A stretch of 64,000 bases of DNA from an uncultured Actinomycetes bacterium (GCA_963751565.1 CAVVVA010000002.1:198904-262903), one strand, 5' to 3'; positions 10,127-20,403 are shown, counted from the first letter of the stretch. Made by a program: numbers and translations. The notes: generated by a model not told the origin, from the sequence alone.

Positions 10127-11368
10127 TTGATGACCGACGAGTTCGAGCACGACCAGCCAGGGCGCGAAAAGCCGGTCGAGGAGGAGCCCATGCCGAACGT
10201 GCCCGCGATACCCGTGCCGCCCGACGTGACCCGCGAGACGACCGGCGCGGCCGGCGCCGGAGCGCCGGCCGCGCCGGTCGCCGGACCCCTGACCGACGCC
10301 GACAAGGCGAAGGTCGCCGAGATCGCCGGCGCCGTCGATGTGACCGACGGCACCTCGGTCATCTCCTACGGCCTGCCCGCGCAGAGCCGCATCGCCACCT
10401 TTGCCGACTCGCTGCTGGGCGACGTGCGCAACAAGGACGCGGGCGCCGGCGGCGAGGCCCTGAACGAGCTGCTCAAGAAGGTCCGCGCGCTCGACATCGA
10501 CGCCCTCAGCCCGTCGGGCAAGACTCATATCCCGATCGTCGGGCGCTTCTCGAACGTCTTCAACCGCTTCGCCGCCAAGTACCAGAAGGTGGCCGGCAGC
10601 ATCGACCGCATCGTCGACGCCCTGGAACGTTCGCGCATGGGGCTGCTCAAGGACATGACCATCCTCGACAAGATGTTCGAGCTCAACCTCGAGTACCTGA
10701 AGCAGCTCGACGTCTACATCGCCGCCGGCGAGCAGGTGCTCGAGCAGCTGAACGCGGTGCGCCTGCCCGAGCTCGAGCTCGAAGCGCGCACCTCGGGCGA
10801 CCCCATGGCGGCCCAGCGCCTCGCCGACTTCCAGCAGGCCGTGACGCGCTTTGAGCGCCGCCTCCACGACCTGCGGCTGACGCGCATGATCGCCGTGCAG
10901 ACGGCGCCCCAGATCCGCCTGATCCAGGGCTCCGACCACGACCTGGTCGAGAAGATCCAGAGCTCGATCCTGACCACCGTGCCGCTCTGGAAGAACCAGA
11001 TCGTCATCGCCATCAGCCTCTACCGCCAGCAGAAGGCGCTCGAGCTGCAGCACCAGGTCAGCGACACCACGAACGAGCTGCTCGCCAAGAACGCCGAGCT
11101 GCTGCGCGACGGCCAGGCCAAGGTCGGCCGCGAGGTCGAGCGCGGCGTGGTCGACGTCGAGACGCTGCGCAAGGTCAACTCAGACCTGATCGCCACCCTC
11201 GAAGAGACCATCCGCATTCAGGACGAGGGCCGCCAGCGGCGCCTCCACGCCGAGGGCGAGATCGTCCAGCTCCAGGGCGAGCTGCGCCAGAAGCTGATCG
11301 AGCTGCGCGGCCAGGTGCCGCAGATCTCCCCGCCCGACGAGCCGCTGCTGCCCAGCGGGAACCGCTAG
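10127..11368 (+). CDS. telA: TelA-family toxic anion resistance protein
   Basis: Length and conserved coiled-coil blocks (...KDMTILDKMFELNLEYLKQLDVYIAAGE..., ...IRIQDEGRQRR...) typical of TelA/KlaA. Confidence 0.8.
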   Translation: MMTDEFEHDQPGREKPVEEEPMPNVPAIPVPPDVTRETTGAAGAGAPAAPVAGPLTDADKAKVAEIAGAVDVTDGTSVISYGLPAQSRIATFADSLLGDVRNKDAGAGGEALNELLKKVRALDIDALSPSGKTHIPIVGRFSNVFNRFAAKYQKVAGSIDRIVDALERSRMGLLKDMTILDKMFELNLEYLKQLDVYIAAGEQVLEQLNAVRLPELELEARTSGDPMAAQRLADFQQAVTRFERRLHDLRLTRMIAVQTAPQIRLIQGSDHDLVEKIQSSILTTVPLWKNQIVIAISLYRQQKALELQHQVSDTTNELLAKNAELLRDGQAKVGREVERGVVDVETLRKVNSDLIATLEETIRIQDEGRQRRLHAEGEIVQLQGELRQKLIELRGQVPQISPPDEPLLPSGNR

Positions 11369-11501
11369 CGCGCGCGAAGACGGCGGCGACGGCGCGCGAG
11401 CGCGCGAAAACGGCGCGCCGGCGCGCACCGGCGCGCGACGCGAGCGAGGACCGAGACCACCCGCGCGCGCAGGCAGGAACGATGACCTGCGTCGGGGGCG
11501 A

Positions 11502-13100
11502 CTACGGCGAGGGCGCCACCACGCGCAGCGTCGCCAGCGAGAGATCGCGCGGACCGTGCACGAAGGCGCCGCGCACCGCGGCCGCCGCCAGGTAGTCCGC
11601 CGTCTCCGCCGAGATCACCTCTCCCGGGCCCAGCACGGGAATGCCGGGCGGGTAGGGCACGACCATCTCAGCGCTGACGCGACCGACGCATTCGCGTAGC
11701 GCCCGTGCTTCGGAGGGGCCGAAGAACGCCTCCCGCGGGCTGCACGCCAAGCGCGTGAAAAGCGGCAATTGCGGCGCCGCCGCAATTGCCGCTTTCTTGC
11801 CGCTGCCGGCGACGTCGATGTCGACGTGTGCCTCAGCGACTGCGCCGATGTCCGAGCCGGCATTCGAGCCGGCGCTCGGGGCGGCGCTCGCGGCGACGCT
11901 CGCGGAGATGGCCTCGAACGCCGCGACCAGACGCTCGACGGTCGCCTCCGAGTCGCCGAAGGTGACGTTGGCGACGATGTTGTGGGGATCGGCGGCCTCG
12001 ACGGCGACCGCGTGGTCGGAGCGCAGTGCCCGTTCGAGCTCGTAGCCCGACAACCCGAGGCCCGCGGCCGAGATCGTCAGACGGACGGGATCGAAGTCGA
12101 CCGAGCCCGACTGCCGTGCGTCGTCACCATCGAGCACGGCGATGCCGGCGATCGCCGAGAGGCGCGTGCGGGCGAGAGCGGCGAGGCGCAGAGCTTTGCC
12201 CCAGAGCGCCTCGCCGCTCGCCGTCATCTGCCGCCGGGCGGCGTCGATCGACAGGTAGATCGGCGCAAGCGGACTGGTGGTGCGCAGCATCGTGACCATG
12301 ATGCGCAGGCGGTCCAGGTCGATCCGATCACCCGTGGCGAACACGACCGACGCCTGCGACAGGCCGGCGAGCAGCTTGTGGACGCTGATCACGGCGGCGT
12401 CGGCGCCGGCCGCCATGGCGTCGAGCGGCAGCGCCGCCGAAAAGCGCAGGTGGGCGCCCCAGGCCTGGTCGACCACGAGCGGCAGACCGGCGGCATGCGC
12501 CACCGTCGCCAGGCCTGTGACGTCGGCGCAGAAGCCGTTGTAGCTCGGCGAGGTCGCAAAGACTGCGCGCGCCCGCGGGTGGGCCTCGATGGCGGCAACG
12601 TACGTCTCGAGCGGCACGTTCACGGCCACCTGCCAGGTCGGGTCGAGCGTCGGCTCGACGTAGACCGGCAGCGAGCCGCCAAGGATCACGCCCGCCAGCA
12701 GCGACTTGTGGGCGTTGCGCGGCACGATGACCTCGTCGCCGGGCCCGGCGACCGCCATCACCAGGGCCTGGAGGCCGCCGCTCGAGCCGTTGGGCACGAA
12801 GAACGAGCGCTCGGCCCCCCAGGCTTGCGCCGCGAGCTCTTCGGCGCGGCGCAGCAAGCCACCCGACTCCTGGGTGTCGTCGAGGCCGTTGGCGATGCCC
12901 ATGTCGGCCGACAGGAAGCGCTCGCCGAGGGCCTCGACGAGGTCGGCCGGCGCGCCGGCGCCGAGCTTGTGGCCCGGCGTATGGAAGGCCGCAGTGCGCT
13001 CCTTGCGGTAGGCGCGCAGCGCCTCGACGAGCGGCGCCTCGGTCTGATGCGGCTCTGTCACGTCCCCTCTTCCTCTCCGGCACCGACGGCCGAGGGTCAT
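11502..13100 (-). CDS. PLP-dependent Orn/Lys/Arg decarboxylase family protein
   Basis: FHTPGHKLG N-terminus, SxHK PLP-lysine (AVISVHKLL) and the fold-type I major-domain pattern; exact start uncertain (a GTG at VTEPHQ is possible). Confidence 0.8.
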   Translation of the reverse strand: MTLGRRCRRGRGDVTEPHQTEAPLVEALRAYRKERTAAFHTPGHKLGAGAPADLVEALGERFLSADMGIANGLDDTQESGGLLRRAEELAAQAWGAERSFFVPNGSSGGLQALVMAVAGPGDEVIVPRNAHKSLLAGVILGGSLPVYVEPTLDPTWQVAVNVPLETYVAAIEAHPRARAVFATSPSYNGFCADVTGLATVAHAAGLPLVVDQAWGAHLRFSAALPLDAMAAGADAAVISVHKLLAGLSQASVVFATGDRIDLDRLRIMVTMLRTTSPLAPIYLSIDAARRQMTASGEALWGKALRLAALARTRLSAIAGIAVLDGDDARQSGSVDFDPVRLTISAAGLGLSGYELERALRSDHAVAVEAADPHNIVANVTFGDSEATVERLVAAFEAISASVAASAAPSAGSNAGSDIGAVAEAHVDIDVAGSGKKAAIAAAPQLPLFTRLACSPREAFFGPSEARALRECVGRVSAEMVVPYPPGIPVLGPGEVISAETADYLAAAAVRGAFVHGPRDLSLATLRVVAPSP

Positions 13101-13222
13101 CTTAACCCGGCATCAGGCGTCCTTGACACGGGCTGGCGCAGACCAGTCGCGGGAGTCTGGCGCTACGTAGCGCATGCCTGAACGTCTGTGTGGAGTCCAG
13201 ATCTCCTTGCTGGAGCCGCCGC

Positions 13223-13615
13223 TCATGACCCGGCCGGCTGAAACAGGTTGATCAGGTTGCCGCAGGTGTCCTCGAACAGGACCGTCGTGATCGGCCCGGC
13301 CTTCGCCGGCTCGCCGCGAAACGTGACGCCTCGTGCCCTGAGCCGGTCGTACTCAGCGCGGATGTCGTGCGAGGCGAAGGCGGTCGCCGGCATCCCGGCC
13401 TCGAACAGCGCCTTCTGATAGACCTCGGCTGGGGGGAACCCCAGCGGCTCGAGGACCAGCTCGACGTCCTGCGGTCCTTCGGGCGAGACCACCGTCAGCC
13501 ACCTGAACGTCCCCATCGCGATCTCAGTCTTCTTCACGAAGCCCAAGACCTCCGTGTAGAACGCCAGGGCTTTGTCCTGGTCGTCCACCATCACGCTTGC
13601 CAGCTGGATCTTCAT
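13223..13615 (-). CDS. VOC-family (glyoxalase/bleomycin-resistance fold) protein
   Basis: About 130 aa with the betaalphabetabetabeta-module pattern and metal-ligand His/Glu positions typical of VOC proteins. Confidence 0.75.
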   Translation of the reverse strand: MKIQLASVMVDDQDKALAFYTEVLGFVKKTEIAMGTFRWLTVVSPEGPQDVELVLEPLGFPPAEVYQKALFEAGMPATAFASHDIRAEYDRLRARGVTFRGEPAKAGPITTVLFEDTCGNLINLFQPAGS

Positions 13616-13660
13616 GAGGCTCTCCTGTCCGAAGCACTGAGCAGGCCCGCAGCCGGTAGG

Positions 13661-14134
13661 TCAGGCATGCTCGTATGCCCGCCGCAAGGCCGCGATGTCG
13701 AGCTTCTTCATGCCGAGCATCGCCGAGAAAGCCCGCTGCGCCGCCGCCCTGTCGTTCGAGCTCATCATCTCGCCCAGGGCGGCGGGCACGACCTGCCACG
13801 ACACGCCGAACCTGTCGGTCAGCCAGCCGCACTGCACCTCCTGGCCGTCCAGCGAGAGCTTTTGCCAGAGGTCGTCTATCTCTTCCTGCGTGTCGCAGGT
13901 AACGACGAACGAAATCGCGGGCGTGAACTCGTACTGGGGACCGCCGTTCAGCGCCAGGAACCGCTCACCCTTGAGGATGAACTCGACCGTCATGACCGAT
14001 CCGGCCGTGCCCGGCGATCCCTCCGGGTAGCGCGCCGTGCTGACGATCCGCGAGTTCCTGAAGACGGAGACGTAGAACTTCGCCGCCTCCTCGGCCTCGC
14101 CGTCGAACCAAAGGCAGTAGCTGATCTTCTGCAT
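13661..14134 (-). CDS. VOC-family protein, PhnB / 3-demethylubiquinone-9 3-methyltransferase-like
   Basis: Start at the internal ATG (MQKISYCLWFDGEAEEAAKFY); PhnB-like signature. Confidence 0.75.
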   Translation of the reverse strand: MQKISYCLWFDGEAEEAAKFYVSVFRNSRIVSTARYPEGSPGTAGSVMTVEFILKGERFLALNGGPQYEFTPAISFVVTCDTQEEIDDLWQKLSLDGQEVQCGWLTDRFGVSWQVVPAALGEMMSSNDRAAAQRAFSAMLGMKKLDIAALRRAYEHA

Positions 14135-14396
14135 GTGAGCCTCCACCGACGAAGGTGCGGTTGCCGACGAGCATGCCCCACAGGAGCAGATATCAGCCGT
14201 CGGGGGGCGAGTCGCAAGACGAGTTCCCGGGACGGCGACGATCACCGGCATCGCTTGCGGACTTCCGCTATGGCGCTCGCTGTGTCAAGCCGGCGGCGGC
14301 CGACCGAATGGGCCGGCGGTGTTGAGATGCGCGCTGTCTGGGCAAGCTGCTGTAACGCGAGTCTCACCACGGCACAAAGAGCAAAAGGAGAAGACC

Positions 14397-14798
14397 ATGG
14401 ACAACATGATCGTCTGGGCCGACATACCGGTCACCGATCTGGAGCGCGCCATGAAGTTCTACGGCGCCGTCCTGCAGCATGAGTTCACGACGGTCGAGGG
14501 CATGCCCGGCATCGGACTGCCGGCCCCCGAGCAGTCCGACCCCGCTGACGCACAGCAGGGCCCCATACCCGTCGCTTTCGACCTGGCGGTGGTCGAGGAC
14601 CGCAAGCCCAGCACCGACGGCTGCACCATCTATCTGACCAGCCGCGGTGATCCCGAGGGGATGCTGCAACGCGCCGCCGAGGCGGGCGGCAAGATCCTCA
14701 TACCGGTCGCCGACATGGGCCAGATGATCGGCAGCATCGGCTTCTTCCTGGACTCGGAGGGCAACCGTATCGGCGTGCACAAGCCACCGGAGATGTGA
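14397..14798 (+). CDS. VOC-family (glyoxalase-fold) protein
   Basis: ATG at 14397 after AAGGAG; MIVWADIPVTDLERAMKFY N-terminus typical of the family. Confidence 0.75.
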   Translation: MDNMIVWADIPVTDLERAMKFYGAVLQHEFTTVEGMPGIGLPAPEQSDPADAQQGPIPVAFDLAVVEDRKPSTDGCTIYLTSRGDPEGMLQRAAEAGGKILIPVADMGQMIGSIGFFLDSEGNRIGVHKPPEM

Positions 14799-14862
14799 GC
14801 CGAACAGCCGGTCGGGTGGGAGCGCGGGGAGGCGGGGCTGCGGATTTCGCTCTGGCCGCCCC

Positions 14863-15170
14863 CTAGAGCCACCAGAGCAGGATCCCGGCCAACGCCGACG
14901 CCCCATTGATCGCCAGCGACACTCTGAGCATCCGCGCGGCGCCACCGCCCAGTACCCAGAGCAGCAGCCGCCACTCGGCGACGACCACGAGCAGCTCTCC
15001 TGCGATGAGCAATGCGACAGAGGCCCCCGTCGGGTGGGCGCCCCAGCCGGCCAGGTGGCGCGCCACCATGAGCGCGCAGTCGAGCAGCGGGTTGGTAATC
15101 AGATTGACGAGCGCAACGGCCAGCAGGGCGGTCCGCGTGCGCAGGCCCAGCATGGCCGCCACGGGGAGCT
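14863..15170 (-). CDS. hypothetical small membrane protein (2-3 TM segments)
   Basis: Hydrophobic C-terminal portion of the long 14863..16170 ORF; start not defined; possibly one frameshifted gene together with the next ORF. Confidence 0.3.
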
Positions 15171-15218
15171 CGACGGCCAGCGTCAGGCCGAGGGGCTCAA
15201 GCAGAGACGCAAGGCCGC

Positions 15219-15473
15219 TCAGTGAACGTCCCTGTCGCGAGCTCTCTGGCGCCTCGTCGAGGCGCGCCGCGCTTCGGCGAGGCGATAGAGGATGAGCCAG
15301 CAGACGACGACCACGCAGGCCACCACGATGCCGGTCACGATGAGGTCCGTCGTCGAGGCCGAGAGCGGTTGCAGCGGCATGCTGTCGGCGAACGCCGGCG
15401 GTGCGACAACAAGTGCGACCAGCAAGGCCGTCAACCCTGCCGCACACGCGCGAGCCGACGCTGCCATCAACAT
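15219..15473 (-). CDS. hypothetical small protein with signal peptide and C-terminal TM anchor
   Basis: N-terminal signal-like segment, a C-terminal hydrophobic helix, then a basic tail. Confidence 0.3.
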   Translation of the reverse strand: MLMAASARACAAGLTALLVALVVAPPAFADSMPLQPLSASTTDLIVTGIVVACVVVVCWLILYRLAEARRASTRRQRARDRDVH

Positions 15474-15600
15474 CCCCCGTCCGCGAGGTGGCCCCGTGAC
15501 GCTGACACTCTAGCTTCGCCGCGCGCGATCGCATAGCAGTTGCCTCGTGCGCCGCGCTGGCATACGTTGAAATCTGCCGGCGTGACGGGGGAGCACAAGA

Positions 15601-16092
15601 ATGGCCGACTCTTCGACAGCGCAGCACGACGCCGTGGGCGCGATCCCCGCCGCAAGCTCGGGCACCCATTTCAACCGTGCCTTCGTGGTCGCCGTTACGG
15701 CCGGCGTCATCGCCTTCTTTGCCGCCCTGAGTGCGCCCTACAGCGCCTTCAGCGGGGCTTGGCAGATCGGGCTGGGCATTCCTCACGCGGGGCTGGCGAC
15801 GGGGCTCTGCGCGCCGTTTCCGCTGCTGGGGCTTGCCGGCCTGCTGATCCCCCGAGGGCCCCGCTACCTGCGCCAGCTGTTGGTCTGCCTTGGGGGTCTG
15901 GGCACCGGCGCTGTGGCCGTGGTGTGCGTGCTGCTGAGCGGCCCGCACCAGACGGCCTTCGTGAGAGTACCGGATGAGGCGTCGCCCGGCGGGATTGCAG
16001 GCTATGCCATCGTGGCGTCGGCTGCGGCGCTCACCATGATCGTCGCCGACGCAATCTCGTGGCGGCGCGCGGCGGGCCGCCAAACTCCATAG
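15601..16092 (+). CDS. hypothetical membrane protein (4 TM)
   Basis: ATG at 15601 after GGGGGAG; four hydrophobic helices. Confidence 0.45.
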   Translation: MADSSTAQHDAVGAIPAASSGTHFNRAFVVAVTAGVIAFFAALSAPYSAFSGAWQIGLGIPHAGLATGLCAPFPLLGLAGLLIPRGPRYLRQLLVCLGGLGTGAVAVVCVLLSGPHQTAFVRVPDEASPGGIAGYAIVASAAALTMIVADAISWRRAAGRQTP

Positions 16093-16119
16093 ACGCGACG
16101 CAAGATCAGCGGTTGGTGA

Positions 16120-16230
16120 GCCGTCTCGATCACCGTCGATACCTTTGGCCAGGCCGGTCCGCCCCTGCAAGAGGAGGAGGCGCTGATCGCGGGACTTGTG
16201 TTCGCAACGACACCGCCCGCCAGAGGCTGA
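16120..16230 (+). pseudogene. tyrosine-recombinase 3'-end remnant E (encodes ...ITVDTFGQAGPPLQEEEALIAGLVFATTPPARG*)
   Basis: DNA and protein similarity to the other seven remnants (core GCGCTGATCGCGGGxCTxGTGTTCGC); preceded by an in-frame stop. Confidence 0.5.
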
Positions 16231-16549
16231 GGCCGGTCATCCCGGCTCCACGACGCGCCGCTGCGACGACGTGGGGCATAGGACCCGCCCGACCGTTGGA
16301 TGTATCATCGGTCCGCCGCTCAGACCGGCGAACGTCGTTCCTTGCAGGCGACAACCCTTCTTGATGAGGCTCTGAGACTCACAGTGTCGCTCGCGATCCG
16401 CGAGGCGAACCCCTCGCGCTGATCGCAGCTGCGCCTCGCGCAGTTCGAGTCGCCTCCGACCGTCACCCACCTTCCATCTCCGCCCGGGCACGGGTGTGAG
16501 CGACTCCCAGACCGCATCCGTCCGGTCGCTCGCCCTACAGGAGAAGGCC

Positions 16550-18076
16550 ATGGCACTCGTCTTCGACCACGTCAGCTTCGCCTACGACGGCTCACCGCGC
16601 GAGATCATCTGCGGCCTGTCCGTCCACTTCCCGGCCGGTTGGACCGGCATCATCGGCGCCAACGGCATCGGCAAGAGCACCGTGCTGCAGCTGGCCAGTT
16701 GTCTCCTCGTTCCGACCAAGGGCCTCGTGCGGGGCAGCGGTGCAGCGCTCTATTGCCCACAGCGAACCGACACCGTCCCGGCCCGCCTGGAGGCGTTCAC
16801 TGAGGGCTACTCCGCCGAGGCGAGCGTCCTGCGCCGTGGCCTTGGTATCGGCGCCGACTGGGCCGCGCGCTGGCAGTCCCTCAGTCAAGGCGAACGCAAG
16901 CGGGCGCAGCTTGCCACGGCCCTCTGGCAGCGCCCCGACGTGCTGGCGATCGACGAGCCCACCAACCACCTCGACGAAGAGGCCCGGCGGCGCATCGAGG
17001 AGGCGCTGCACCTCTTCAGGGGAGTGGGCATTCTGGTCAGCCACGATCGCGCGCTGCTCGACGGCTTGTGTCTCCAGTGCCTGTTTCTCGAGCAGGGGGG
17101 TGCGACGATGCGCCCCGGGGGCTATTCCACCGGCAGCCAATCGCGTGTGGAGGAACAGGAGGCCACCCGCACGGGTCGGCGGCAGGCTGCAACTGAGCTC
17201 AAACGACTGCGGCGTATCCAGGTCTCACGACGCACTGAGGCGGACCGGGCCAAGGCCAGACGATCGGCCAAAGGCTTGGCGCGTCACGACAGCGACGGTC
17301 GCGCGCGACGACAAGCGGCGATCGTCAGCGGCAAGGACGGACAGTCCGGCCGGCTGCTGGCCCAGCTCGACGCCCGACTCGAGCGCGCCCGAGAGCGTCT
17401 GGCGACGATGCCCGCGGAGAAGGTTGAGCGCAGCGGCATCTGGCTCTCGGCCGCACGATCGTCGCGCAAGACCGTCGCCAGTCTGCCCGCGGGCTCGATC
17501 GCGGTCGGCGTGAGGCGCCGGCTCACCCACCCGGATCTCGCCCTGGGGCCCAGTGACCGAGTGGCGCTGACCGGTCCCAACGGGGCAGGCAAGACGACAC
17601 TTCTGGTCCACCTCCTGGGCAAGCTCACACTGCCGACGGAGCGCATCGTCTACCTCCCGCAGGAGGTCACCGCCGAGCAGTGTTCCTCGCTGCTCGATGA
17701 GATCAAGGCGAGCGACGAGGCCACGCTCGGCCAACTCCTGACGGTGGTCAGCAGACTAGGCTCGCGTCCGGAGCGCGTGCTCGGGAGTGGGCTTCCGAGC
17801 CCCGGAGAGACGCGCAAGCTCATGCTCGCCACGGGTGTGCTGCGCGAGCCCCACATCGTCATCATGGACGAGCCGACGAACCACCTCGACCTGCCCGCGA
17901 TCGAGTGTCTCGAGGTGGCGCTGTCCGATGCGCCGTGTGCCTTGCTGCTGGTGAGCCACGATCGCCGCTTCTTGGGCCGGCTCTGCACGATCGAGTGGCG
18001 GCTGGAACCGGGAGGCGAGGAGACGCACCTGCGGATCACGGCCATGGAAGCTGCGTCAACGGGCCAGACAGCCTGA
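16550..18076 (+). CDS. ABC-F family ATPase (two ABC domains, no TMD, long Arg-rich inter-domain linker)
   Basis: ATG at 16550 after AGGAGAAGG; two Walker A (GANGIGKST, GPNGAGKTT), two LSxGE signatures, about 90-aa basic linker. Confidence 0.85.
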   Translation: MALVFDHVSFAYDGSPREIICGLSVHFPAGWTGIIGANGIGKSTVLQLASCLLVPTKGLVRGSGAALYCPQRTDTVPARLEAFTEGYSAEASVLRRGLGIGADWAARWQSLSQGERKRAQLATALWQRPDVLAIDEPTNHLDEEARRRIEEALHLFRGVGILVSHDRALLDGLCLQCLFLEQGGATMRPGGYSTGSQSRVEEQEATRTGRRQAATELKRLRRIQVSRRTEADRAKARRSAKGLARHDSDGRARRQAAIVSGKDGQSGRLLAQLDARLERARERLATMPAEKVERSGIWLSAARSSRKTVASLPAGSIAVGVRRRLTHPDLALGPSDRVALTGPNGAGKTTLLVHLLGKLTLPTERIVYLPQEVTAEQCSSLLDEIKASDEATLGQLLTVVSRLGSRPERVLGSGLPSPGETRKLMLATGVLREPHIVIMDEPTNHLDLPAIECLEVALSDAPCALLLVSHDRRFLGRLCTIEWRLEPGGEETHLRITAMEAASTGQTA

Positions 18077-18132
18077 GAGACGCACCCGTCAGCCGATGAG
18101 CCGGAACCTTGGGCTCCGAGACCCGCTTGACA

Positions 18133-19335
18133 TCAGAAAGTCACTGCCCGCCAGGTCGCGCCGCCGTCGGAGCTGAGCACCAGCTTCCCCGGTCGACCGT
18201 CGGTGTTGCCGGCGGCGTCGGCGGGCCCGTGCACTACGACGGCGTCCAAGGGAGTCGTGAAGCCCAGGTCGGCCCAGCCCACGCCGCCGTCGCCATAGGT
18301 CACCGCGGTCTTCCAAGTCCGGCCGCTGTTTGCCGAGCGGTCGAGCCAGCTCGCGCCGCTGGCGGTCGCCAGCACCAGGTCGCTCCCGCTGCCGGCAAGG
18401 GCTTGGGCGTCGCCCTCGCTGCTCGGCGTGCCGGCCTTCTTCCAGTGCGCGCCGTCGTCAACGCTTGTGTAGAGCAGCTTCTCGGCGCCTCCGGCGAAGC
18501 CCGGTCCAACGCAGAGCAGCGCCAAGCCCTCAGCGGAGGTCGCTGCGACCGAGGACGGGCCGAAGTATTGCGGGGTGCCGGGCGTCGCGCGACGGGCGAC
18601 GGTGAGGCCGCCATTGGTGGTCACAAGGAGGCTCTTGCCGTCGAGCACCGCGGCGGTGCCGGCCTGGGTCGAGATGAGGTCGGTCGGGTCGGTCAGGTCG
18701 ACCGTCTTGAGCGCGGCGACCGTGCTCCAGGAGCCGCCGGCCAGAGAGCGACGCAGCAGCACGTACGGCCCCAGGTTGCCCTGCGCCGTGCCCTTCGCGG
18801 TGAGCGCAAGCACCTGCCCGTCGATCGTCGCCAGCGAGAGGATCGAGCCGCTCGGCTGGGAGTCCAGGGTCCAGCGCTGCCCACCGTCGCTTGTCTCCCA
18901 GAGCCCATGGCCGAAGACGAAACCGTGCGAGGGCGAGGCGAAGCGAGTGCCCCACACGGTCCGCTTGCCGCTCGAGGTGACACCGCCCAGAGGGGCAGCG
19001 GGCGCCGCCAGAGCCACCCAGGTACCGCCCCGGTTGAGCGTGCGAAGCAGGGCCGTGCCGCCGCCGGGTGCGGTACCGAGCACAAAGGCTTCCCCGGTCG
19101 AGACGAAGGTCACCGAGGCGGCCCTGAACCCCGCCGGAACCGGGCTGCCGGAAGGGTGCGTGGGCGACGCGGAGCTGCTCGGAGTGCTGGTCGCGACAGG
19201 ACTGGCCGATGTCGGGGCACTCGACGGTGAGGCCGTCGTCGAAGACTGGCCGGTCGACCCACACCCCGCTGAGACAATGGTGAGCGCGAAGCACAGCGCG
19301 ACCAGAGTGAGGGGCCGGGAGCTGCGGAATGACAT
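18133..19335 (-). CDS. lipoprotein with BNR/Asp-box repeats (Ycf48-like / sialidase-like beta-propeller)
   Basis: Signal peptide plus lipobox (LTIVSAGC); repeated S-x-D-G-G-x-W motifs (SDGGQRW, SVDDGAHW, SSDGGATW). Confidence 0.8.
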   Translation of the reverse strand: MSFRSSRPLTLVALCFALTIVSAGCGSTGQSSTTASPSSAPTSASPVATSTPSSSASPTHPSGSPVPAGFRAASVTFVSTGEAFVLGTAPGGGTALLRTLNRGGTWVALAAPAAPLGGVTSSGKRTVWGTRFASPSHGFVFGHGLWETSDGGQRWTLDSQPSGSILSLATIDGQVLALTAKGTAQGNLGPYVLLRRSLAGGSWSTVAALKTVDLTDPTDLISTQAGTAAVLDGKSLLVTTNGGLTVARRATPGTPQYFGPSSVAATSAEGLALLCVGPGFAGGAEKLLYTSVDDGAHWKKAGTPSSEGDAQALAGSGSDLVLATASGASWLDRSANSGRTWKTAVTYGDGGVGWADLGFTTPLDAVVVHGPADAAGNTDGRPGKLVLSSDGGATWRAVTF

Positions 19336-19503
19336 CGTGACCTCGCTTTCGGTGCCAGGAATGAGGGACGGTCCCTGCTGCCGTGTCTCTCTTGAGTATC
19401 AGCGGCCAGCATACTCGCGCAGCGAGTGGTGTTCACGGGGGAGCAGACCGCGCCGAAGCCTGCGGAAGGCCACAGCATGGCGACCGATGCCCGTCAGGCG
19501 CTC

Positions 19504-20245
19504 CTACGGAACGTCTACATAGAGGCCCGCCGCCACCGGCTCGCCCGCCACGACTCTGACCGTGCAGGGCGTCGGCCAGGGCAGGTTGGAGGTGACCAGC
19601 TTGAGCGTATAGACCCCGGGCGCGAGGTCGGCGACGAAGAAGCCATTCTCATCGGAGCGCACCTGCATCAGCGGCTGACCGGAGGCCGGCACCCGGTCAC
19701 CCCTCCAGATCGCCACCTGCGCCTGCGTGATCGGCCGAGGACCGCCCGGGAACGGCCCGCCCTGCATCATCGTGTGACCCCACAGGCCGCTGTTCACGGG
19801 CAGCCGGGGAAGGTAGCTGTGGAATGCGCCCCAGCCGCGACAAGTCGATGCTCGAGGTCGTCAAGCCGTGAGCCAGGTAGGAGTGATCTGCCATCAGGAC
19901 AAGGTACAGGCTGCGTGCCGACGCGCTCCGCCCTCCCTGCGGCATGAAATGGCCCTGTAGCACCACCACGTACACCTCGCGCATCGAGCGGAACATGCGA
20001 AGGTAGCTCGTCGCGCTTCCCGCCAGGCGCGCGGCGCGCGGCGCGCTGGTCTCCAGCCACTGACAGGCTCGTGGGTGAGGCTCGCCGGCGGCAAGCGACT
20101 GCCACAGCGCTTCGCTACGCACCCAGACCGGCGGCAGATCGCCCGACGAGGGCGACGAGCTGGCACGTGTCGCCGGGCTCGCGCTGCCGCAGCCTCCGAC
20201 GACCAGAAGAGCCATCAGAGCCGCAAGAACAGGAACATGTCTCAT
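19504..20245 (-). pseudogene. lipoprotein gene split by an apparent frameshift near 19800 (5' ORF 19697..20245, 3' ORF 19504..19797)
   Basis: The lipobox-containing N-terminal ORF (LLVVGGCGS) runs into a second frame whose product continues plausibly (…YTLKLVTSNLP…VVAGEP… resembles a carboxypeptidase-regulatory-like beta-sandwich); could be a sequencing error. Confidence 0.45.
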
Positions 20246-20403
20246 GGGACTGGCCTCTCCGACGACAACAGGATGCTGTCAGGTTGAGACGCGCACATCC
20301 CAAAGAGAGTTCATCTGCGCGTGTGATTCCCCTCGCCTTCACCTACGGACACGAGGCGGTCGCTTCGCGCACAGCGCTCGCCAGCCAGGTGGACGAGCCA
20401 CCG

